This document shows positions 50,201 to 57,258 of a stretch of 64,000 nt of DNA, in pieces. The first letter of the stretch is position 1. The number at the start of each line of letters is the position of its first letter. This stretch comes from Verrucomicrobiota bacterium (GTDB taxonomy: Bacteria; Verrucomicrobiota; Verrucomicrobiia; Limisphaerales; J093): assembly GCA_050012855.1 (NCBI GenBank), contig JBEKGJ010000002.1:24842-88841 (forward strand). Reading direction: 5' to 3'. A program made the translations under genes and the position numbers. Below the pieces are notes generated by a model, which had not been told where the DNA came from, searched no databases, and was given only the letters and a program-made list of their open reading frames with translations.

Positions 50201-50301
50201 ATAATTGGGGCAAGCTGGGCAAGTGGCAGTTTCACCCTTGCCTCGATCCACAGATGTTGGGGCGCGAACTGGATTGGCTGCAACGCTCTACCACGCAATG
50301 A
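47218..50301 (+). CDS. res: Type III restriction enzyme Res subunit (SF2 helicase + PD-(D/E)xK nuclease)
   Basis: Motif I [14 protein letters not shown], motif [13 protein letters not shown], motif VI [36 protein letters not shown], and a C-terminal nuclease block YIPDFIVRL...NLLLEIKGD. Confidence 0.88.
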   Translation: [1027 protein letters not shown]

Positions 50302-50571
50302 CATTTTCGGTTTCAGCATGAAGCAACTGAGACAGGACAGGCAATCCGAACGGCTCCGCGAACGAAGCGGGTTGCTGATGGACCGGGAGCAGTGCCGGCG
50401 TGCGCTGGAGAGGAGGCGTTGGAAGAATTCGCGGGCCACATTTGGAAGACCAGGCGCGCGAGCGCGGCGGGGGACGTGTCGGCGCTGGAGCGGGAGATAG
50501 ACGAGTTGGTGTATGTGCTCTACCGCCTGACGGCGGAGGAAATCAGAATCGTGGAGTCGTCCAGCGCATGA
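50302..50571 (+). pseudogene. Relic of the C-terminal tail of a type IIG/PglX-like methyltransferase-restriction protein
   Basis: The frame ending at 50571 reads ...GDVSALEREIDELVYVLYRLTAEEIRIVESSSA*, with no ATG in frame. ORF 50318..50500 (MKQLRQDRQSERLRER...) lies in another frame. The stop overlaps the AAA+ start (ATGA). Confidence 0.4.
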
Positions 50572-51698
50572 AGAACGTGGGGAATTACGAGAAGAACAGA
50601 CGGTTCCATGAGCGGATTGGACGCCTCATGGTGCATGGGCATTATCGCCGCGCCTTGGAATTGTTGGACAGACTCATCGAAGACACGCTGCCGTTGTTTC
50701 ACGGCGAGGATTGGGTCATTGAAGAAAGGCGGTTGGCCTGGCTTTACCGGACTGAATTGTTGCGTGAGTGGGGGCGGTTGACCGAGGCGCTGGCTTGGGT
50801 GTGTCTGGAAGTGGAGATGAACCCGTCCAACGTTGCCGCTGTGGCCTTGAAAGAGCGGTTGAAGCGGGAAGCCGGGTTGCATCGGCGGCAGGATGGTGGA
50901 ACACAGATCGCTGTCAGCGGCGACAAGCCGACCCGAACGGCTTGGGGCGGCGTGGCCGGGATGCGCGACCTCAAGGCCATGTTGGAGCGTGATGTCATCC
51001 TGCCGCTGCAAGAGCCTGACATCTACGCCCGCTACCGCTTGAATCTCCCCAACGGCATCCTGCTTTATGGCCCGCCCGGCTGCAGCAAGACGTTCATCGC
51101 CCGCAAGCTGGCGGAAGTCGCGGGTTTCAATTTCATGGAAGTAACGCCGGGCGATTTGGCGAGCATCTATGTTCACGGCACGCAGGGGAAGATCGCGGAA
51201 CTGTTCGGCCAAGCGCGCAAACAGGCCCCTTGCATGATGTTCTTCGACGAACTCGACGCGATGGTGCCGAATCGGGGCGGGGATTTCGTCGGCCACCACT
51301 ACGCCAGCGAGGTCAATGAATTCCTGGTGCAATTGAACGAAGCCGGCAAGAACCGCGTGCTGGTGATTGGCGCCACGAATCTGCCGGAGCGGATTGACCC
51401 CGCCGTGTGCCGGCCCGGACGGCTGGACAAAAAGTTCTTTGTCGGGCCGCCCGACTACGAGGCGCGGGTCGAGTTACTTCGCCTCTACCTGGCCAACCGC
51501 CCGCAGGAAGCCATTGACTGGCACAATTGCGCCGGGGAGCTTGAAAACTACACCTGCGCCGAGATTGAATTCATCGTGAACGAGGCGGCCCGAATCGCGC
51601 TCGCCCAAAACCGACCCATCATCAACGGCGACATTCTGAATGCCGCAGGCAACAACCCGTCCGCGCTTTCCGCATCCGACATTGAGAAAATGAGATGA
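50568..51698 (+). CDS. Classic-clade AAA+ ATPase with a helical (TPR-like) N-terminal domain
   Basis: The internal ATG at 50568 gives MKNVGNYEKNRRF.... Walker A LLYGPPGCSKT, Walker B CMMFFDELD, second region of homology VLVIGATNLPERIDPAVCRPGRLDKKFFVGPPD. Confidence 0.9.
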   Translation: MKNVGNYEKNRRFHERIGRLMVHGHYRRALELLDRLIEDTLPLFHGEDWVIEERRLAWLYRTELLREWGRLTEALAWVCLEVEMNPSNVAAVALKERLKREAGLHRRQDGGTQIAVSGDKPTRTAWGGVAGMRDLKAMLERDVILPLQEPDIYARYRLNLPNGILLYGPPGCSKTFIARKLAEVAGFNFMEVTPGDLASIYVHGTQGKIAELFGQARKQAPCMMFFDELDAMVPNRGGDFVGHHYASEVNEFLVQLNEAGKNRVLVIGATNLPERIDPAVCRPGRLDKKFFVGPPDYEARVELLRLYLANRPQEAIDWHNCAGELENYTCAEIEFIVNEAARIALAQNRPIINGDILNAAGNNPSALSASDIEKMR

Positions 51699-51766
51699 CC
51701 CTGGCGCTGCCCTCTTGATGCCTGAACCAATTTGCCAGCGCGCTTTAGGTGAGGTAGATTAGCGCA

Positions 51767-53221
51767 ATGAAGTGTTCTGAATCGGAAGGAGAAGGCGACA
51801 CCACCGCTGGGGTGGAGCCGGAAGACTTCGAGGATTTCGACTACTACTGGCAGCACTTACGGCGGAACTTTGGATACTGCATGGCGGTTGGCGGCATCGC
51901 GTGGAACGAGATGGTTTATCGTTCCGGCGAAACGTTGGGGCGGTTAAGCAAAGTGCGTCACTCGCTCTTCCATCAAAGGCGAGAGTCCGCGGCCTGTTGC
52001 CTCCTGCCTACGCCTGTCGCGGCTGGAGAAAAGGACAGTGGCACGGCATTGCGAGAGGTGTTGAAAAAGAAGCCCAATTTCTTTCAGACCGCACAATGGC
52101 AAACGATCAAAGTAAAAGCATCGGCTGCCGAGCCTGTGGCCTTTTGGAACTTTGGTGGCCCGCACCGATGCGCGTGGAGGGATTATTATGATGGCGAGAA
52201 GTATGAAGACAAACTCTGGAAAGACCCTCGCCAGGATTACTATGAGCGTTTTGCCTTTCGGACAGACGCCCATCACCCGGATATGCATGAAGTGGGGCGA
52301 GAATTTGCGTTTCTGCACATGAATTTGGAGATAAAGGAACAAGAAGCCAGCCACGAGAAGCACCTCGCGCACTCGGCAAAACAACATGGTCGGTCAGTTG
52401 AAGAAGAAGGGAAAGTGAAACAGGCAGAGCACGAGGAAGCGCGGGAAAGGATGAGGCGGTTTCTGGAAGCGCACGCCCGAATGGATTTTGTGGCTGACAC
52501 CCGCTTGCCGTGGGCAACAGTCAGCCGGGCGATGGAAGCCGAATGGGAAAGGATTAAGAATTTACGCCGCCGCGTAGGACTCGAAGCAAACGAGCAACCG
52601 CCAAGAAAGCGCGAATGGAAAAAGCAACTCGAAGTGTATGACGCTTACTTTCCGCACTGGCTAGAGAACCGAAAAAAGATTGCCGCGTTGCCGCGCATCT
52701 GGCGCGAGAATCTTGGCTTTCAGGAAGCGTTCACTTTGCTGGAGGTCAAGCTGACGCCGGAAGCCGCAACCGTTGCGCAACTCATGGACGAGCGAGGCTT
52801 GAAGCCGAAAGGTGTGTTCAAGTTCACGGACAGGTTTCTCCGCAAGCTGGAAAGAGCTTCTTACATGGAAGCCGCAACTCGTGGATTGTCGGACAGGTCA
52901 AAACCAAAACACGGGTCAGGCGCAAAAGGCGTGTTCGACGATGCGAGCCAGCCCGCGGCAGTGATCGAGTTCGATTACGGCGCCGTTGATGCCCTGCTCG
53001 ACGGCGGTGAAGGGCCAGATGTTGAGCCGGGAACTTCATCCGAATGGAGCGAAACAGTGCTGAACACACTGCAATCGTGGCGTCCGCACTTCTGCATCAC
53101 GAAACCGCAACTCCCACCTAACTTGGCGGAAATGGGTGCCGACAAGCGCCGTGAATGGTTCAGAGTCGCACGGCAGCGAATTGAATCACTCTGGCCGCCA
53201 GTGGACTACGACAAGCTCTGA
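51767..53221 (+). CDS. Hypothetical 484-aa protein, no recognisable domain
   Basis: A long ORF with no competing ORF of similar length. TTGCCA-N17-TAGATT ends 6 nt before its ATG. It has an acidic N-terminus, a charged helical centre and no TM segment. Confidence 0.65.
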   Translation: MKCSESEGEGDTTAGVEPEDFEDFDYYWQHLRRNFGYCMAVGGIAWNEMVYRSGETLGRLSKVRHSLFHQRRESAACCLLPTPVAAGEKDSGTALREVLKKKPNFFQTAQWQTIKVKASAAEPVAFWNFGGPHRCAWRDYYDGEKYEDKLWKDPRQDYYERFAFRTDAHHPDMHEVGREFAFLHMNLEIKEQEASHEKHLAHSAKQHGRSVEEEGKVKQAEHEEARERMRRFLEAHARMDFVADTRLPWATVSRAMEAEWERIKNLRRRVGLEANEQPPRKREWKKQLEVYDAYFPHWLENRKKIAALPRIWRENLGFQEAFTLLEVKLTPEAATVAQLMDERGLKPKGVFKFTDRFLRKLERASYMEAATRGLSDRSKPKHGSGAKGVFDDASQPAAVIEFDYGAVDALLDGGEGPDVEPGTSSEWSETVLNTLQSWRPHFCITKPQLPPNLAEMGADKRREWFRVARQRIESLWPPVDYDKL

Positions 53222-53255
53222 CTTAATTTTCAGAATTAAGCCCCCGCCTTTTTCG

Positions 53256-53283
53256 GCAATGCCCATTGTTATATGGGCATTGC
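53256..53283. promoter_or_regulatory. Perfect 11-bp inverted repeat (candidate operator)
   Basis: GCAATGCCCAT-tgttat-ATGGGCATTGC. The right arm begins at the first ATG of ORF 53273. Confidence 0.5.
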
Positions 53284-53593
53284 AATACATGACGTTTCAG
53301 GCAGCGGCGGGCAGCCAATCGCAAGCAGGGGTGTGCGCGCAACCCGCACCGTGTGCCGCGACAGAGGGGTCAGCGACGTGACCTTTTTGAGATGGGAGCG
53401 GCGCGGGTGGATCAAAACTATCAACATTTGCGGCAAGAAATACGTTGATCTTCAATCGCTTGTGGAGTTCGACCGACGGGCGGCGGCGGGCGAATTTGCC
53501 AAGCCGCCGGCAGGGGCAGCGGGTAAGTCGGCTGAGGCGCGAGCAGAGCGGAAGGCACAGGCGGACGCCGCTAACAGCAAGGCGAGTGCGTGA
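53273..53593 (+). CDS. Excisionase/AlpA-like HTH DNA-binding protein
   Basis: TRTVCRDRGVSDVTFLRWERRGWIKTINICGKKYVDLQSLVEF resembles AlpA/Xis-type HTH proteins. The stop overlaps the primase start (GTGA). The true start may be the GTG at 53333. Confidence 0.55.
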   Translation: MGIAIHDVSGSGGQPIASRGVRATRTVCRDRGVSDVTFLRWERRGWIKTINICGKKYVDLQSLVEFDRRAAAGEFAKPPAGAAGKSAEARAERKAQADAANSKASA

Positions 53594-55974
53594 GCACGTT
53601 CCCTGACGCATTTCGCGCTGCCATGCAGGCCGCTGGACTCGACTTCACCGGGCCGGTTGTGGCCGACGGCAAACTGCATCGCTTCCGAGCGGGACGGGAC
53701 ACGGCGCGGAATTCGTGGTTTGTGCTTCACGCTGGACCGCCCGCCGCGGGCGCGTTCGGATGTTGGAAGCGCAGCATCAAGGAAACGTGGTGCGAACGTA
53801 ATGGCAGCCTGTCACAAGTGGAGTGGGATGATGTCCGCCGACGCTGGCAGGAAGCCCAAGCCGAGCGTGAACGGACGGAAGCTACGTTGCAGGCCAAGGC
53901 GCGCAGAACCGCTGCCTTCATTCTCGAAAGGTCCGTCGCGCCGGACGGTAACGCCTATCTGGCGAAGAAAGGCGTAAAACCGCACGGCGAGCTTCGGCAG
54001 TGGCGCGGTGCCTTGCTGGTGCCTCTACGCGACGCGGACGGCACGCTCCACAGTCTGCAATTCATCGGCGCGGACGGCTCCAAACGGTTTCTCACTGGCG
54101 GGCGTTGCGCCGGCTGTTTCTTCACCGTCACCGACAAGGCGGACGGCCCGCTGGTCATTTGCGAGGGCGTCGCCACTGGCGCCAGCATCCACGAAGCGAC
54201 TGGTCTTGCGACCGTGGCCGCAATGAACTGCGGGAACCTGCCCGCCGTGGCGAGCGCATTGCGGGCCAAGTGGCCAACGCGGGAAATCATCATCGCCGCC
54301 GACAACGACGCTTGGACGCCCGACAATCCCGGCTTGAGCAAGGCGACCGAAGCCGCAAAGACCATCCGTGCCAAACTCGCCGTGCCGCACTTCGCGGACG
54401 TGAGCGCCAAACCAACCGACTTCAACGACCTTCACCAACTGGAAGGACTGGACCCCGTGCAAAATCAAATCCAAGCAGCCGAAACCCCGAAGGAAACCGA
54501 TGAGGAGCGATTGCAACGCCTCGCCTCTCTTTCGCCGATTGACTTCGACCGATGCGCCAAGAGTGAAGCGGACGCCATGCATGTCAACATGGGCACCCTC
54601 CGCAGCGAAGTGGAAACGCGCCGCCCAAAGCCGGAAGCCACACGAGCAGACCTGACCGCCGATTTGCTGCCGCAGCGCGAACCGGAACCCTGGGCGCATG
54701 AGGTGGACGGCGCTGCATTGCTCGATGACCTCGCCGCCGCGTTGAACCGCTTCGCCGTATTCGCCCCGCACGCCGCCGACGCGCTCGCGCTGTTCATCCT
54801 GGCAACTTACGCCGCCGACCGGTTCGACGCCGCACCGTATGTCAACTTGCGAAGCCCGGAAAAGCGGTGCGGCAAGTCGCTGGTCATGCGGCTTCTGTCC
54901 AAGCTCTGCGCCCGCGCCCTGCCCGCCGGACCGTGCAGCGAAAGTGCCATCTTCCGCGCCATCGCGGCCGTGACGCCGACGCTCCTGATTGACGAAGTGG
55001 ACACGTTCTTCGCCGACCACGACGAATTGCGCGGCATGTTGAACGTCGGCTGCATCCGCGACGACGCGTTTGTTCTGCGGACCGAAGAGACCATTCGCAA
55101 CGGCGCCCGCGAGTTTGTCCCGCGCCGCTTTTCGGTTTTCGGCCCGAAAGTGTTCGCGGGAATTGGCAAACTCGCGGACACACTCACGGACCGGTGCGTG
55201 GTTATTGTCATGCGTCGCAAGCGTGCCGATGAGAACCGGGAGCGATTCCGTCGCCGGAAGTTTGACGCCGAACCGCTCCGCCAGAAGTGCCGGCGGTGGG
55301 CAGACGACCACGCGGACAAGCTGAGCGCGAGCGAGCCGGACCTGCCAGGCGAGTTGAACGACCGCGCCGCTGACTTGTGGGAACCGATGCTGGCCGTCGC
55401 GGACCTCGCCGAGGAAGGATGGTCCGAACGCGCTCGGGCCGCCGCCATTTCGCTCTCGGGCGAAACAGAAGAAATCGCGCCCGCCAGTCTTGGCACCATG
55501 TTGCTTGCAGACGTTCGCGCCGTGTTCACCGAAGTCGGTGAGGACCGATTGGCGTCTGTAAGTCTCTGCGAACGGCTCAACGGCATGGAAGAAAGACCGT
55601 GGCACGAAATCCATCACGGCAAACCCCTGAATCCGAACCAGCTTGCCCGATTGCTTGCGCCCTACAGCGTCGCTAGTCGAAAAGTCCGACTGGGCGATAG
55701 TACCCGGCAAGGCTACTACGCTGACGATTTCTCCGACGCTTGGGCGAGATACGTCCCGATCCCCAGGGCGGTGCCTCCGAAGTGGAACAATGGAACAAGC
55801 CCCGAAAACAAAGGCGATTCTCGCACTTCCGAAGTGGAACAAACGGAAGCCGTGTTCCACCTTGAAACGGCTGAGAAACCCAATAACGGCGCGGGTTGTT
55901 CCGTTGTTCCACTTTCGACCCTGCCGCCACTGGCGCAAGCGATAAAGGAACACTCCGAAGCCTTGATCTTGTGA
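53590..55974 (+). CDS. Toprim-domain primase fused to a DUF3631-like C-terminal domain (element replication protein)
   Basis: Toprim block PLVICEGVATGASIHEATG...IIIAADNDAW. The C-terminal part, SPEKRCGKSLVMRLL...TLLIDEVDTFF...DRCVVIVMRRK, is typical of DUF3631 proteins of integrative elements. Confidence 0.82.
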   Translation: MSTFPDAFRAAMQAAGLDFTGPVVADGKLHRFRAGRDTARNSWFVLHAGPPAAGAFGCWKRSIKETWCERNGSLSQVEWDDVRRRWQEAQAERERTEATLQAKARRTAAFILERSVAPDGNAYLAKKGVKPHGELRQWRGALLVPLRDADGTLHSLQFIGADGSKRFLTGGRCAGCFFTVTDKADGPLVICEGVATGASIHEATGLATVAAMNCGNLPAVASALRAKWPTREIIIAADNDAWTPDNPGLSKATEAAKTIRAKLAVPHFADVSAKPTDFNDLHQLEGLDPVQNQIQAAETPKETDEERLQRLASLSPIDFDRCAKSEADAMHVNMGTLRSEVETRRPKPEATRADLTADLLPQREPEPWAHEVDGAALLDDLAAALNRFAVFAPHAADALALFILATYAADRFDAAPYVNLRSPEKRCGKSLVMRLLSKLCARALPAGPCSESAIFRAIAAVTPTLLIDEVDTFFADHDELRGMLNVGCIRDDAFVLRTEETIRNGAREFVPRRFSVFGPKVFAGIGKLADTLTDRCVVIVMRRKRADENRERFRRRKFDAEPLRQKCRRWADDHADKLSASEPDLPGELNDRAADLWEPMLAVADLAEEGWSERARAAAISLSGETEEIAPASLGTMLLADVRAVFTEVGEDRLASVSLCERLNGMEERPWHEIHHGKPLNPNQLARLLAPYSVASRKVRLGDSTRQGYYADDFSDAWARYVPIPRAVPPKWNNGTSPENKGDSRTSEVEQTEAVFHLETAEKPNNGAGCSVVPLSTLPPLAQAIKEHSEALIL

Positions 55975-56333
55975 CGACCGCACCCGAAATTTACCAGTGC
56001 GCCGCCCGGCTTGGGTTGACGCTTGAAGCCAGAGGCGACAAGCTCGCCGTCATTCCGGGCCGCCGTTGCCCACCAGAGTTTGCTGACGTGTTACGCGAAC
56101 ACAAAGGCGAGCTTTTGAGCTTCCTTGAAGCCAGGGCCGCTAACTTGGCCCCCGATTGTGCGCCGTGGCTCCACGTTGCCCGGCAAATCCTGGCCGGGGA
56201 GTTCGACGGCGCGGACAAATCCACCCTGCAAAGCCTCCTCATCGGCCTCCGTAGCATCCGGCATCCGCTCTGCCAGCAGGCTCTAGGTTGTCTAAAATGG
56301 CAGGGAGCTAAAGGCGGACTGGCCGAACCCTGA
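55971..56333 (+). CDS. Hypothetical small protein (TubC-N-like motif)
   Basis: A GTG start overlaps the primase stop (GTGA). LGLTLEARGDKLAVIPGRRCPPEFADVLREHKGELLSFL resembles the docking-type motif common in phage and ICE small proteins. Confidence 0.45.
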   Translation: MTTAPEIYQCAARLGLTLEARGDKLAVIPGRRCPPEFADVLREHKGELLSFLEARAANLAPDCAPWLHVARQILAGEFDGADKSTLQSLLIGLRSIRHPLCQQALGCLKWQGAKGGLAEP

Positions 56334-56341
56334 ACGTCAAC

Positions 56342-56806
56342 ATGGACGGACGACCCCGAAACCGACACATCCCGGCGTCACTCCGCCTTGCGTGGGGCTT
56401 CGCCTACGCAGTCAAACTCATCGAGGCGGCCCTGCGTGAAATCCAGGACGACCGTCTGACAGAAGACCAGGCCCGGTTCCGAGATTCACTTTACGATCTG
56501 CTGGACGAGCTTACGCCGACAGACGACCGCCTGACGTTGAAACCAACGAACCAGCAGCTTGCGGACAAGTACGCCGTCAGCCCGCGAACCGTCACCAACT
56601 GGCGCAAGGAGGATTGCCCCTTTGAGGCTGGGCAATGGCGGGTGTTGGATTGGATGGCCGAGCGGCGATACGTTCCCGCCAGAGCGAAGGCCAAGTTCGC
56701 GCGCCAACTTGAGCGCCGAACTTGCCAGGGATTGGACGGGTTGGCCCCGTTGGAGGTGCAGGCGAAAGCACTGGCCAAAGCTGTCCGGGCGCTGGGGCGA
56801 TTCTGA
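56342..56806 (+). CDS. Hypothetical protein with a possible HTH
   Basis: 154-aa ORF. LADKYAVSPRTVTNWRKEDCPF looks like a helix-turn-helix. Confidence 0.45.
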   Translation: MDGRPRNRHIPASLRLAWGFAYAVKLIEAALREIQDDRLTEDQARFRDSLYDLLDELTPTDDRLTLKPTNQQLADKYAVSPRTVTNWRKEDCPFEAGQWRVLDWMAERRYVPARAKAKFARQLERRTCQGLDGLAPLEVQAKALAKAVRALGRF

Positions 56807-57129
56807 GTGGGTGAAATCAACTGTCGCCTGTAGCAAGGTGAACTGTCCCATTGCATACAGTTCCCCCCAGTTTTCAAGGCGGGAAATGACATCCGTATGG
56901 TGGTAATCGAGCGAAAATGTCTGTTTGGAAAAGCGCCGATTTTGGCACCTCACCGCGCAAAGTCGCAAAAACAGGCGGGAATCAATTGCGACAGAAATTG
57001 CGACACTATCGGTAATTCAATTGAAACCCGCCATTGACGTGGTTGAAGCCCATTTCAGCCAATGAAATCAATGGTTTTTATCGCTTTCGTTGAAACGTGA
57101 AGCTGCCCCTTGAAAACGCAGAAAGTGAA

Positions 57130-57169
57130 AACCTGAATCTAGCGCGTCTGCCAATTCCGCCACGCGCGC
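57130..57169. repeat. attR core (orphan copy of tRNA-Leu nt 1-40)
   Basis: Identical 40-mer to 39682-39721. No T-arm or acceptor 3' half follows it. Confidence 0.9.
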
Positions 57170-57258
57170 CACCAATCACCGCCAACTATTGAGCTGCCAT
57201 CTTTGACCCGCGGAAGTTTTGTTTTTTATCCGCCGTTTGCATCCTGGAGGTTTCGGGT

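Larger units (their letters stand above)
39682..57169 (+). mobile_element. Integrated genetic element (~17.5 kb) at tRNA-Leu(CAG), bounded by 40-bp perfect direct repeats
   Basis: AACCTGAATCTAGCGCGTCTGCCAATTCCGCCACGCGCGC occurs at 39682-39721 and 57130-57169. The integrase is adjacent to the left repeat. The cargo is TA + R-M + ATPase, with an xis-like gene and a primase module near the right end. The region is visibly lower in GC than its flanks. Confidence 0.82.

Noticed and set aside
50568-53221. Considered whether the AAA+ gene is a TRIP13/Cap6-like CBASS accessory with a HORMA partner, or part of BREX/DISARM together with the methyltransferase.
   Set aside because: The element has no cyclase/CD-NTase, effector, PglZ, BrxC, DrmA/B or PLD gene. 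The 484-aa partner is far larger than HORMA proteins. The adjacent Mod/Res pair is self-sufficient as a type III system.
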